64,000 nt of DNA from Balanoglossus misakiensis. Lineage: Eukaryota; Animalia; Hemichordata. The DNA lies in the NCBI GenBank assembly GCA_040954595.2, contig CM082589.2:920690-984689 (forward strand). Reading direction: 5' to 3'. The translations under genes and the position numbers were made by a program. The notes beneath the pieces are model-generated. The model did no database searches. It was not told where the DNA came from and was given only the letters and a program-made list of their open reading frames with translations. Below are positions 10,602 through 24,270 of this stretch, in pieces; position 1 is the stretch's first letter, and each line of letters starts with the position of its first letter.

Positions 10602-13600
10602 ATGGAGCTGTTTGGTTTCGAAGTATCCGTATCGATAATTTTGGTTATAGCAGCGGTGGTTTTACTTTACATGTAAGTACATTGACTTAGTAACTTCAGT
10701 ATTCAGTTGAAATATGGCACAGAAAAGTAGGTGCTCAGCGAGTCGACCGCATCGTTTTTGCAAATAAGACATCGATCGAATTGAGGGCACACGGCAAAGA
10801 ATCGGCAGCAAACTTCTAGGCCTACATTCTGGAGAAATACACCGTGTTCACGGTTACTAGTATATGTGCCCGACGAATTACACATAGGTAGTATAGAATC
10901 CAGACTCGGTTTTTTTTTTTCGCTTTGCTCAAGTACAAAATGCGCGTCTCAGTGGATTTAAGACTAGACTTTGAAATGTATTTACCAGGTCTCGGTACAA
11001 ACAACACCAAACGGACTTTGAAGTGTGAGTATCGGGTCAAGTAGTCCTACAAAGGGCATGGTCGACCTGCCATATTAAAATGTAGGTGATTTTTTTTCAT
11101 CCCTGAAGGTATTCAACATGGACGTACTCCACTTTCAAAAAGATGGGAATTCCCGGACCGACTCCATGGCCGCATGTAGGAAACCAGTTTCAATTATACA
11201 GTCTTGTAAGTATATGACAAAAAGGAAGTTATATATATGAAGGCTAAAGACATTACTTGACAGTTGAATCTTCTTTTGCACTGGCACACAAAGTACGTAA
11301 ATCATTTGACTTCGAATGTCTTTTCGACTAGTCTAATATTTTTAATCGGTTCTGATTCTCCTAGGGTATGCACAATAGGGACGTGTTATGGTTCAAAAAG
11401 TACGGTAAAGTGTTTGGGTAAGTCACCTTTTGATAATTTAACAACACAGTCCCCGTATCAAGCGAGTCAGATACATTGGAGGGAAATGCAAAATCAAGAT
11501 CTGCTTAGAGGCATTGATTAATCACGATACTTGCTTTGCGCGTTAAACCATTTTATGCCTGGTGTATGCACGAAAGTAATTCATATTTCCATAATTCTGT
11601 TGACAAATATTTCTTTCCAGAACTTATGGAGGTCGTCAGGCTGTGTTGGTAGTCGCAGATCCAGAGATTTGCAAACAGATATGTGTGAAGAATTACACAT
11701 CATTCTACAACAGAAGGGTATGTTTGCTGTTGAATGGAATTAGTAAGAAATGCCTGCAAGGTGGCCATATGGTTTCACATTAAGACAGAAATAAATACGA
11801 ATCTGTTACAGGGCAGTACATTAATTGTATTTACAATAAGTTCGAACGGTAGGCCTTCCGGCATAGCTCTGACAAATATAAAAATGCTGCATACGCCATT
11901 TTATCTCCCACAGAAAAGTCAACTAAAGAATAAACCTCTTGATTCTGGTCTGATGATGTTAAATGATGAACATTGGAAGAACAAAAGGAATACTTTGACG
12001 CCAGCTTTTACCGGCTCCAAAATGAGAATGGTAATATTGTCTGTCACTTTAGTCACTATGGTATTTGGGTATAAACAAATAATATTCAAATTACCATAGG
12101 TAGCATAGTTTAAGAAACACAGTCATGATGACAGAACCATCGGAAGGCTATAATAGCTGAAAATATAAGTGGCATATGTATTTATTTTTTTTAGATGTCT
12201 CCACTTCTCAATAAAGCTGCAGATCCATTGGTGAGAGTTCTGCGTAAGCATTGTGAAGAAGGCACACCGATAGAATGTAAAAAGTGAGTATTAGACTGGG
12301 TCTTAATGTCGTTCTATGATAATGTACACTTATGTACTATCATTAATTCCTCACATCTCGACAGCAGAACTATTTTCGGCAGATGTCATGAACTGGTTAA
12401 TAAGTAAACTGTCTCTAAGACAAATAGTCGCTGATGACATTGGTGACATTTGCGTTTAGATTGTGACTGCCTCCTACGACAGCTACTCAATATTTTTGTT
12501 TGTTTTGACATTTCAGCGTATTCGGTGGTTACGTGTCAGATAGCCTGGCCAGTGCAGGCTTTGGCATAGATATCAATTCCCAGGAACATCCGGATCATCC
12601 ATTTGTCAAGAATGCTAAACAAGTGTTCCGATTTACCTTTTTAAACCCAATTCTGTTGATCTTGAGTGAGTAAATACCAACTACTGCTTAAATTTGCATT
12701 CATTTATTGTCCAGAATTAATGAATGACCACACCTTACTGAGATCAACATGACTTTAACACAGACAGAGACAACGGTATGCCATGACATTAGTTGAATGT
12801 TGCATATAAGACATTTGTTTCTGTTCTGACCACAGTATTTTTACCAATGTTCGTACCAATTCTCAACTGGCTGGATATTGGAATTATGCCGCAGAGGATC
12901 AAAAAATACTTCCTTGATCTCATCGAAGAAACGATTCATTTAAGAAAGACCCAAGATCAGTCAAAGAAGGTGGGGCATCATATTATCACACAAAACACCT
13001 GATAACGAAAGTCTCTTGCACAAGGTGCCACTTAGAACCATAGCACGTTACCCAATATTCAATAACCTGCATTCAGTGCTTCCAATTGTACAATAAATGT
13101 CTATTTTCTTCTCAGAGAGTAGATATTATGCAACTGATGTTAGATGCACATGAAGTCTATGAACAATGGATCACAGAAAATGAAGGAGAAGAGGACGAAA
13201 ATGGAGTAAGACTCGTCAAAGATGGTAAATCAAGCACCGGTGACTTCCACAAAGGATTCACAAATAAAGAAATACTGGGACAGGTATATAAACGATCGAG
13301 TAACCCTCATTGAAAGTCCTATTCTCTTTCCGGTTCCATGGTGCCTTGCGCTCCATGATTATGTTTACTTCCGGTCCGGGGCTTTTACCCAATGAGACGA
13401 GCGTTGTGCTGGTGTTTGGACGCAAACCAGGTTTAAATACACCTTTAAAATACAGTGTCAGTCGTCTATACGTACTGATCGATTGTTGTTTACCTTGACT
13501 ATCTATAAGAAAAAGATATGACTTACCCCAATATGTCGACATCCATATCACAACTTCACCTAAAACCCGTCGTCTGCCATTTTGATAACCGGAACTGGAT

Positions 13601-14813
13601 ATAACCCTATGACGTAAGAGGCTGTGCACCCTGGGATAACCGGAAACGAGTTGAACTGTTCGATTGAAAGTGCATATAAGTAGCTCAGGCAAAATTTTCT
13701 CAAATGATTTGATAAGCTTCCCACCCTGCTTTAGTTGTGAAATAAACCGAAGCCCTTTTTTTTCTCCAGTCTCTTTTGTTTTACGTAGCCGGATTCGAAA
13801 CAACAAGTACTTTGATTTGCTTTGTTGCTTATTCAATGGCAACAAATCCGGATATACAGGAAAAGTTGTGCGCGGAAATCGATGACGTCATGGCCAACTA
13901 TGATGAGCCCAACTACGAGGTTGTGTCTAAAATGCCATACCTGGACATGATTGTTTGTGAAACTCTCAGAATGTATCCCCCTGCTATAAGGTTTGAAGTT
14001 ATATTTATAGTTTGACCTCACATGAGGTTTCTTTTTTGTCTCCACATAGAATGGACATTAAAACCTTCTTAGTACATTTGTAACTTAATATCATAATATT
14101 AAGCAGTACGGAATGTATAATATTCTGTGTTAATGAATTCTTCATGGCATTATTGTCAGGTTTGACAGATCTTGTAATGAAGACGTCACAGTTGCTGGAA
14201 TTCATATCCCTAAGGGAATGATCATCCATGTCGCCAATTATCCCATCCACCATAACCCTGAAATCTACCCCGAGCCAGAGAAATTCATACCAGAAAGGTA
14301 GGCAATCGAAAATAATATTCTCTCAATACTTTTGAAATCAAACACTGTCAGGAAGTGTCTAACTTTGTTGAATCACATCTTGAAATTTACTTTCGTTTGA
14401 AAGGTTTACTAAGGAAGAGAAAGCAAAGCGACACCCATATGCATGGTTGCCGTTTGGAGCTGGTCCTCGTAACTGCATTGGTATGAGATTTGCTCTGTTG
14501 GAAACTAAGATTGGTCTGGTCCGTACGTTCAAGAATTTCACATTTGAACCCTGTGCAGAGACCCAGGTATGTCGAACACAATCGTCTTCATGCTGACATA
14601 TGCTAAAACAATTTAATTTTGGCGATTGTGCTATATTGCAAGTATTTATTTCATGTTTTGTCACTGGAATATGCAAGCATAAAAGTCACTGGGGGTAGAC
14701 GTGCCCTTACAAAAATATTTGTTTCGTTACAGATACCCGTTGAGCTGGGGAAATTTGGTTTCCTCTCACCTCCGAATGGAATCAAACTTAAGGTGGTCAG
14801 CAGAAAGCAATAA
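10602..14813 (+). CDS. Cytochrome P450, clan 3 (CYP3A/CYP5-like), paralog 1, 13 exons
   Basis: Membrane anchor MELFGFEVSVSIILVIAAVVLLY, then GIPGPTPWP and [12 protein letters not shown] (WxxxR). I-helix AGFETT, K-helix ETLR, PEKFIPERF and heme motif [10 protein letters not shown] are present. All 13 exons join in frame with GT-AG. TAA ends at 14813. Confidence 0.95.
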
Positions 14814-15518
14814 TTTTGGCACGACACGCCACGACACAAATTTTAACTGTTATACTTTTTTTTTTTTCAAATTACTATAACCACACTCATTGTCAATTAA
14901 CACAGACAGTGTAAGACAAATCTTATATTTCATTGTAACATGTATATCTATCTGTGTATGAATATTATACATTCACAACAACATATAAACAATTACAAGT
15001 GTAAAATCACAGACGTTAACCTTTGGAACTCGTAGTACAATAGATTCTAGCATTTCGTTGGGTATTGGTTGTATATTCTTTAAATGATTGACTTGGGATT
15101 ATTCGGTCATGGTATAAGTGTATGATTGGCATCTAGGGGACACCAGATGTAGCACTTGTAATATGCAGATTTTTGTGTGCGTAAACTGAATGGTTGAGGT
15201 TGAATCATTATCTGTTACATAGATGTGTAAAACCTAACTTAAAATGACAAACATTGAATAATTGACTGCACATAACTGTCGACTGGTATATTCTAGTTTC
15301 TGTCCATGTATTATACTGTGTCAATTGATGACGAGCGTTTAGTAAAGGTTGTTTCTGAGCAAATGGGAGCTTATGTTATATAATGCTTAAGAGTCTGCAT
15401 GCAGGAGAGTGGGTTCCATACACTCGACTCAGCGCCGGGCCAGGAGTGTGAGAATACAATGTCTTACCCTATACTTCAACCAATTGGTTCCAGCCTTCGC
15501 TCCACATGGCTAACATTT

Positions 15519-17324
15519 TTAACAATTGCTTTGTGTTTGTCCTGCCATTTCCTCCTTAATAAGATGTAAAATAAAATGACTGAAGTACTGAAAGAGCGTC
15601 TTTACTGCAAGATCAATCGCGTATCTGCCAACGTATTTGGCTTCTGACGAAGAGGCAATTTCGGCCAGCTGCAACCGGTAGTTCTCCACAGAGTAATAAA
15701 AGTCTTTATTCAATATTTTTTCCATCTCTGCAAGATAAAAATGTTAATAACATTTGTATAAATTGTTTATATTCTCGTGACCTGGGACTCCGAATCAAAG
15801 TTAAATTGAATTGAATTGAATTGAATTACCATCTTTCACCAGTTGCATCAATACAGGATTTGTAAAGCGACCGTCTTGATCCCACTGTCTGACAAGCGTT
15901 TCCATGGACTTCTTGAGTATTTTCTGAGCAACTTGGATTTGCTCCTGTTGACCCATTTCTTGAGAGTGTATCGAACTCTTTAGTTCACTCAGTATTTTAT
16001 ATACGGGTTCCTTCATTTCGTTGTGGAGATGCCGAAATGATTCTGGCCTATACCGCGTGCCACCTGTGCCAACTGATATCATGTCAGTGAGCGCGCAAGA
16101 TATCCTCGTCCTCGTGGTGACATCGTTTAGGAGGAAGTGAAGTGTCTTGAGAACGCGGTTATCTACTCCCTGAAAGAGGTCTCGTTCAGGAATGAAATAA
16201 CCAGGACAATTCTGAGCCATTAAACATGATTTAAGCTCATTCAGTAAGTACAGGACCCGATAAACAATCTTCTCTTCCGGCAACATCTCAAGACCAATTG
16301 TTTCCAATGACCTAAAGAAAATATTCTTCAAGTGATAAGATGTAATACCCCGTAAGAGAGGGTGCGTCAAGTGGAATTTTGCCAAGTCTTTGAAGAGCAT
16401 GTAACTCAGTTTATGCGCTGTAGGAAGGTCCCGCATTAAGATCTTTTCAGCCTCCCCGAAGGAAATTCGCCATTCATCTGACGAATTTCTCCCTTTAGGT
16501 GACCTTGGTAACAGTCTGCACCCGGTATTCAAAACTTTGTCTATTAGATGTTTGGATGGCCACCCGCTTTTGCGAGGGCGAGTTACCCACTCCTGGCACA
16601 TCGATGGCCATGGTGCACAAGGAATTGCCAATGCAAGATCGCACTGAGAGTAATTTTCACGTGACCCAAAGAAGACACTAACTGCGGGAGTCTTTCTGCT
16701 GATGTGAATTTGAGCCTGATTTGCATCAACCACTCCCTCTGCTTGTCTGTTATGAACCAAGGCACTGTACTCACATAACAGAAGAAAGTCATCCATTACT
16801 TCCTTTGCCGACAATACTCTCACATCGTTTTCATTGAGTGATATTTCGTGGTAACTTATCGGTGTGTTGGTTTCTGGAACTTTGACATAAACATATCCTG
16901 GCGTTGCACTGTTGATAATTTCAAAACAAAGGTTGGGAGATAGTTTCCTTGTTTCCAACCCTACGTCAGAGGAATTGTCTACAGCTGACACCGCATCCAG
17001 GCGAACATTTACATCCAGTTCACGAAATGTCTCTTGTTGTGCTCCGTACAAAACTTGAGCGTCGGATGACGAGCCTTCAAAGCTACTACCAATAGGCTCG
17101 ATTGTTATGTGTTTACTGTCGTAGAAACTGATTCTTGTGCGAAGCATTTTGATTGGTGGGCTTTTGCTTTGCCGGAATGGAAATGCCAAGAAGTGGGCTA
17201 CCCTCTGCAAGCATTTGTCGTGTCCTGTTTGCATTTCTGCGATGCGAGGGATTGAATACACTCGACGAAATGTTGGACACCATTTTATTGCTACACTCCA
17301 ATATTTCACTGGATTCCCAAACAT
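15519..17324 (-). CDS. Mab-21/cGAS-like receptor (cGLR) nucleotidyltransferase, 2 coding exons, about 567 aa
   Basis: Exon 17324-15830 splices (G|GTAATT ... TTGCAG|AG, 102-nt intron) to exon 15727-15519 in frame (...VKDE MEKILNK). Motifs are IGSSFEG...ELDV and CDLALAI (NTase triad), WP...EWVTRPRKSGWPSKHLI, EWRISFGEAEKILM, SYHLKNIFF and CPGYFIPERDLF. An upstream acceptor at about 17343 implies an unlocated 5' exon. Confidence 0.88.
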
Positions 17325-18081
17325 TCTTTCAAGGGTCTACGACTGTGGGAGAAATAAGAAAAAATCATTTAAACTGAAGTATACACATATGAATCAACGA
17401 GGAATGTTACTTTCGTTTTGTCAAAAATGTAAATAACATTCTAAAAATATCGCTAAGTCCTATATGACAAAATGCCTCGTGACTTTAATGACGCAATAAT
17501 TAATCCGGTTTTCGCGTTTGTGTGTCGCTTCACCAAATACTGGGGGCAGACCAGTCCAGGGTCGATTTATATCGAGATTTATAAGACTGCTTTCTGCGAT
17601 TTACAAAACTAACACTACTTGAGACTTAACAACCAGATGGTTGGCGCTTTATTTTGCACATAATATCAATATTTAAATCACCAACGAACGATCTGGCCTC
17701 GCATACCTGTATACACCTACGCAAAATGCTGAAAAATCGTCCTTGAGTCGTTTTGGAAAATAAATCATTTTTAGTAAGATTACAAACATATTCATAGCGA
17801 TAAAAACTTGTGTGCAAGTTAATAGATGTTTTGAGATACATGTATATAAAGAAACAGATCTTACATTTCCTGAAGAGTAAGTCTTTGTGTTGTCTTTCCA
17901 ATGTCGACTTGTACAATAGACCTCGCCCCTTTTATACGCGAGCTGTTTTTCTATTGTACTGTTGTTCAGAGGTCACTCGGGTCAGTGCCTTTAAGCCTCA
18001 CACAGTGTTACACTGACAACGTAAGGAACTGGTCAGTTTCTCCGCACGGGGGTCGGTGGAGTTGCTAAATTGGTGTCAATG

Positions 18082-18105
18082 CCCCCCCCCCCCCCCCCCC
18101 CCCCC
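18082..18105. repeat. Poly(C)24 tract
   Basis: An uninterrupted C run, i.e. a G-run on the minus strand, upstream of the cGLR gene. Confidence 0.9.
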
Positions 18106-19318
18106 ATCGAAAAATGCCAAACAAGGTAACACTCCTTCTGGCAAAATTCAAAACAAATGTGACCTACGAGTTCTCGGGTAAACATATCCAATTAGGATAT
18201 TAATATTGTTCTGCAAATTACCCATTACTCTCTAGGGAAATTCATATACGTACGGTATAGATCAAGCGAGACGCCGATAAAATTAGCTTTGCATCAACCA
18301 TGCAAAAATGCTTGAGGAAAGATCTGTCGTCAGAATGGTCGAAAAAAATTTGCCTCCATACACATTTCCTCAAGATCCCCCACCCAATCTAAAATGGGTT
18401 ACCCCTTACCTGGTTTAACAGAGTACAACCCCGCTCTGCCAGAGTTTGCTTTCCACTGAGAGTTTCAGGATCTTTGGGTGATTTTCATTTTGTGAATACA
18501 CAGCAGTTCCAGGGACTTGCGACCACAGGTATACACTAAAGGTCCGCCTAACTTACTTTGACAAACCACAAATTCTTACAGACTGTATGAATGTAGTGTT
18601 GCCACATAGTTGACTTCCTGTTGATACACCTATTGCCATGACGCACAGTGATTACTGTAGGTTGACGTGACAAACACGTGCTTTATGCCAAAGTTCATAG
18701 TAGTAAACTAGGCTAGGAGGAAGTCACGCTCAAAAAACATCGTACTGGGTACTGGGTTTAATTAACACAATCCAGAGAAAATGTAAAATTACAATAGAAC
18801 TCACTGTTCCCTGACCGTGCATGACCCGTTCTAAAGCTACACTCACGAAAGGAGTGGCTGTCATGATTGCCAAAGTATCGAGCTTTGTGATTGGTGAGTA
18901 TACTGCAATCATATGCATGGATGCCATTGGCCAAAGTATCAAGCGTTCTGATTGGTCGGTATTAGTATATATTTCTAGAATGTGATTATTCAACATTTCT
19001 AATATTGACGGACATAAATCATGTATGTAAAACAAAATATAAACGAACCTTTGATTGCAAATGTGTTGTAAACTTACATTGTTTTGCACCGTGGCAGTCG
19101 CCTTGACTTCTCGGTAATGATGTCACAAGTCGGCCATTTTGTCTACAATCTAGTTAACATTTTAGGACAACGTTCAGATTTAGCACAATTGGCCAGAGGT
19201 TAGTCCAAATTTATAGAAAGGGGAAATATGATTTGTGTTGTGCTGTGTTTTGTATCATGCTGCACTGACACCTATTACACGCTCATGAAATGCACACATT
19301 CAAAAGAAGGAAATCATG

Positions 19319-22300
19319 CTAATTTCTTCTCTTTACTTTGAGTGTTATGCCTGCAGGAGGTGCTAAGAAGACACTTGAACCAAATTTCGGTGGTATCTGA
19401 TAAAAGATAAAAACAACAGGAAAAACATAAAATCTATTTGTATATGAAGAGATGGGTAAAATTGGCCTAATGAAAGTCCAATCTAAATAAAGTACACATA
19501 AACTTGAAAAAAATGAAAACATATATCTTTATTAATTCAAATTTAAGGAAGGATTCAACTAACCTCTGTTTCAGCACAAGGTTCAAAGATAAAATCCTTG
19601 AACAGATGGACTAGTCCAATCTTGATTTTCAACAGAGCAAACCTCATTCCAATGCAATTACGAGGACCAGCTCCAAACGGCAGCCATGCATAGGGATGAC
19701 GTTTTGCTTTTTCTTCTTTTGTGAACCTAACATTCAATAATTATTTTATAGAAAATATAGATATTTTAAAGGCCTTTGTCAGTGGTGATGAGAAAATTGT
19801 ACTTGGTGTTTTAGATTAGCGTTATGTTGGCGTTCTGAATAAAAGGTAAGGGTGCAGTGGTATGTATGTATCCGCCAAGGGTCATTACAAATTGGTGTAA
19901 TGATGTAGACAATGTACTTGCCTCTCTGGTCTGAATGTGTCTGGTTCTGGATATATTTCCGGATTGTGGTGTATGGCATAGACTGACACGCTGACACACA
20001 TCCCTTTAGGTATCCGAGCTCCAGCAATAGTGATGTCCTCGTTGCATTCTCGGTCAATTCTGGAACCAGAGAGAAGAGTGGAAATGTCTGTCAGTAGCCT
20101 TACATGATCGCCTTTGCTTTCCATTTTCCACAAAACCTTCAATCGTTTCTGTATCAAAACAAGTTGTGTCATACCTACCTTACTGCTGGTGGGTACATTC
20201 TGAGTGTTTCACGAACAGCCATGTCCAAATAGGGCATCTTAGCAACGGCTTGGTAGTTAGGCTCGTCATAGTCGGCCATTACTCTATCGATTTCGTCACA
20301 TACCTTCTGCTGAATGTCAGGATGAGTAGCCATCGAGTATGCAAAGAAACTCATAGTTGCAGTTGTGGTTTCAAATCCGCCCAAGAAGAATATTAACGAC
20401 TGTTGGGGAAAAGAGGCAATTAGCATGATTGATAACTTCGCAAGTTAAATATTCCATAAACTTTTGTCACATTCCAGATGCTTTGGGTTTACTATCCAAA
20501 AAATCCAGGACAAATTTGTGGATAAGTAGATTCTGGCATAACAGACCTGTCCGAGGATATCCTCATTTGTGAAGACTTTCTGGAAATTATGTGTGTCTGA
20601 TTTCCCATCTCTTACAAGTTTGACAACGTTTTCTTCATTTTCTTCTCCTTCTTCTGCTTCTTCGTTGTCTTGGATGTAGCGTTCATAGTTCTGATGAGCA
20701 TCCATCATCTGTTGCAGAAAATCAACTCTCTACGAAATAATGGAGAAATAAATCAGACGCCAAGACAAGATATCTGATGGAATTTCTTTCCATATGACCA
20801 ATGATCAAATGTTAACACATGTACATTGATATTGAAATGATTCCTCGATCACCAACGGGCTAAGACCTTGTCCAAGATAATTCTTACCTTAACTGATGGA
20901 TCCTGACCTTCACGCAGTGCAACTGTTTGGTTAACTAAACCGATGAAGTATTTCATGATTCGCTTCGGGTTAATCTCAATATCCAACCATTCGAGAAATG
21001 GAACCAGAAACGGGAAAAAGACTGACAAGAAAAGCATGTAGTATTATTATCAACTGGTACATCTCCATCGTGAAAAATACAGGGTATGAGCTGATCCGCG
21101 CATTGATTTTGACATCAGCTGATTGCAATAGGGCAGTGGTACACTGGCAATTACTTTGCATAACAAAAGCTGCCAGACTTGGCCAATGAGCGACCGCGTC
21201 TCTGGATTGCATCATCACTGCCTCATCACTGAACTGAAAATCAAGACGCCACGATCGAAACCTCGAGACAGGCGGTAAAACGGTCCTCCTCACTAAAGGC
21301 GTGCGAAAAACCAACAACTTACATATAACAATGAAGACCGGATGAGTCACACCAAACGAGAAAGCCTCCCTGGCATTCCTGACAAATGGATGATCTGGCT
21401 CGTCCTGTGAATTAACGTCCACGCCGAACCCCGCACTGGCCATACTGTCAATCACGTAACACCCAAATATACTAGAAGAAGAAAAAAGATACGTTCAATA
21501 ATCTACGCCTTGTGTAAAGTCCACTCATTGATAAATTTACCAGTTGCTAATTTTACAAACCAACTTTAAACGAAACTGCACCACAGTTTTCCAGAGTAAC
21601 TTACTACAATTTCCCAAAAGTAAAACAAACTAAATTGAACACACGACATTATTAAGACTTACTTTCTACACTGAAGTGGGTTCCCTTCTCGAGAGTGTTT
21701 GTCCAGATTCTCGACAAGTGCATCAGCAGCCTTGTTGACAAGTGGCAACATCTGTCAATTCAAATACTGGTATTGATGATGTGGCGAGACATGCAGAAGT
21801 GGTCAAGCAGAAGCATGGTACATGGGAGGTTACAGGTCATTTAGAGAGAAATCATTTTTCGAGTCTAGGCAACAGGTCATATCTATTATATTGAATCACA
21901 AGTCTAAGCATTGCACAGGATCGCGGCCAAACTTAGTTTTTCGTCATCATTTATGGCTGAGTTATAGTAACCTACTGTTTTCATCTTGGCTGTACTGAAT
22001 GCTGGCGTCAGTGCATTTCTTTTGTTCTTCCATTTTTCATCTTTAAGCATGTTTATGCTTGTTAAGAATTCCTTGTTTATAAGGGGTATTAACTGTGGAT
22101 AGAAATAAATATGAAATTGATATGAAAAGCAACAATAATACAGGCCAGTAATGACACAGTCATCATCTCTAGATGGCATATGGTTGGAATCCATAGTCAA
22201 AAGTGTACAAACATTATAAATTATGTATAGCCGATACATACCCTTCTGTTGTAAAATGCTGTGAACTGTTTGACACATATCTGCTTGCAGATTTCTGGAT

Positions 22301-23431
22301 CAGCAGTTACTAGCATCGGTATACGCCCTTCATACATTCTGTTAAGAATAGCCACAATCAAACCACCTGTTAAAATCCATTTCTGTTTATTAACTTCATA
22401 TTTGGATATTTGTGAAGTGTTTTTATTACAGGTGTCGTTAAACTAGACAAATTTGAAGGCTGAAGAGTGCAAACAAAAATACACAGAAACCTCTATGGTT
22501 GGGCTGGACACAAAATATTGAACAGTTATTGTATTACAAATCTAGGTAGAACACGTGTCCCGAAACCTTATAACAACTGAACCACATTCTACAAGTGATA
22601 ATAAACTTGCCCGAAAAACTTGCCATACTTCTTGGACCACTCAATATCTGTGTAATACATACCCTGTTGAAAGAAAACGGTGTACATAGTCGTTGCAAGT
22701 GAGACAAAATTTGCCTTAGGTACATAATAACAGTGAAGTTAACTAGAAATCATGACGTCATGCTCTGTCATGAAGAGATCATTCTACCATCTTCGGGGAT
22801 ATAATTCTAGAACCCTGGCACCTGTTGACAACAGCTTACAGTATTTGAAATAGAAGCAATGTTGCCACACACACGAACCACTCACCGGCTTCATCTGCAA
22901 CATATTTCCAAAAACTGGCACTGGTGTTGGTCCTGGTATCCCCAGGCGATTGAAGGTCGAGAACGGCCATGTGTAATATCTGTAAGATATACACCAGTCT
23001 GGCCGTGGTTAAGTGTTCAATATAGACTTCCATGTTTACAGCAAATGCCAAGGTTAATGGAGAGGTTAAAGTTGGAAATGCCAATCAATGTATTTTTCTC
23101 ATATTCAAACCTTTATCTATGAACCTGCTTGCTAAATTTAATGTAATAAAAAGAAGTGCCGTCAAAATGGAATTTAGTATTCCAGATTACCGTTTTGTAC
23201 AGTTGTATTTTCTGAGATAAAGCAGAAGTGCTACCAGCTTAACAGATCTGTGCAAAACTCCAGTTTGACCTCCCAGAACAGAAGGGATGTATGCTATGCA
23301 AAACCAAAGTTTGACCTTATACTGTCTGCTTTGACGTGTTAACAAGAAGAAAGCACACACACTTACAGGTAGAACACAAGCAGAATAACAGCTAAACCAA
23401 GCAGTAAGGAAGACAGAGAGAAGAGTTCCAT
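19319..23431 (-). CDS. Cytochrome P450, clan 3, paralog 2, 13 exons (two GC-AG introns)
   Basis: ATG at 23431 gives [21 protein letters not shown], then [10 protein letters not shown] and [13 protein letters not shown]-helix [19 protein letters not shown] and [10 protein letters not shown] are present. Intron positions and phases match paralogs 1 and 3. Donors at 22610 and 19921 read GCAAGT. The stop is at 19319. Confidence 0.93.
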
Positions 23432-24270
23432 GTTAGTTTAGCTGGCTTGTTGCAGCTCACCAAAGAACCAGGTATAGAATTGCTGTAGCGGGAAGTGTTC
23501 TGACCAGCCACCAGCAGCTGTCCTCTCTGACCTATTGACCGCATGGCACAGTTTGCGTATAAAAAGACATCCACACGCATGCGTGCAAGCCACGGAGCAA
23601 ATATTTCACTGCGTTGTGCAATATCACATCTGTGGTATGTATATAGGCTTGTCTGCAAGACCCCACACACACCTGTCATATATCAAAACATGCTATGTTG
23701 AAACTTACACAGGAGTGCCTATAGTTAACATGACAGCCACTTTAAGCAAGTGTTAGATACTGGACTTTTGACGCCTGACAAAACCACGTACTAGTATCAG
23801 TAAAAGCATAGACCCACCTGGGTCTATGGTTAAATTCTTCCATTCAAAGCTGTAAGCCATTGTTTGACAAGTAAACCCTTTCAATAATATTCGCACTTTT
23901 ATTTCTGGAGTCAGAAATTTTGCACACGGCGCTTTGAATCGATGAGAAATTGGCCTGGTCTATTGCAAAGCATTTGCGTCACTTTGCAATACCATTCACA
24001 TATTGCCTCACCGCACAATTTTGAAATGACTCACAGATTCCAAACAATCTAGATCATGGTAGATTGGTAGCACACTAACTGTGCGCGCGCATGTAAAACA
24101 CAATTACTTTAGCAGCTTATTAGAGCATACATTAGCATGATTTAGGACAAGGGTGACCTCATCCAAGGTAAACACTACGCATAGCATAAATACGGCGTAT
24201 CGCCTGCTGTGCAACACACAGACTAGTTTCGCCACATTTTGTCGGACAGATCGGTTGGCTGAGCGCAAGT

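Noticed and set aside
13258-13845. 195-aa minus-strand ORF across a P450 intron
   Set aside because: No domain similarity is evident, and it overlaps exons of the plus-strand gene.
20976-21455. 159-aa ORF reading through P450 paralog 2 intron 7
   Set aside because: This is exon 7 running into a 301-nt intron. Retention would frameshift, and the intronic part has no P450 similarity.
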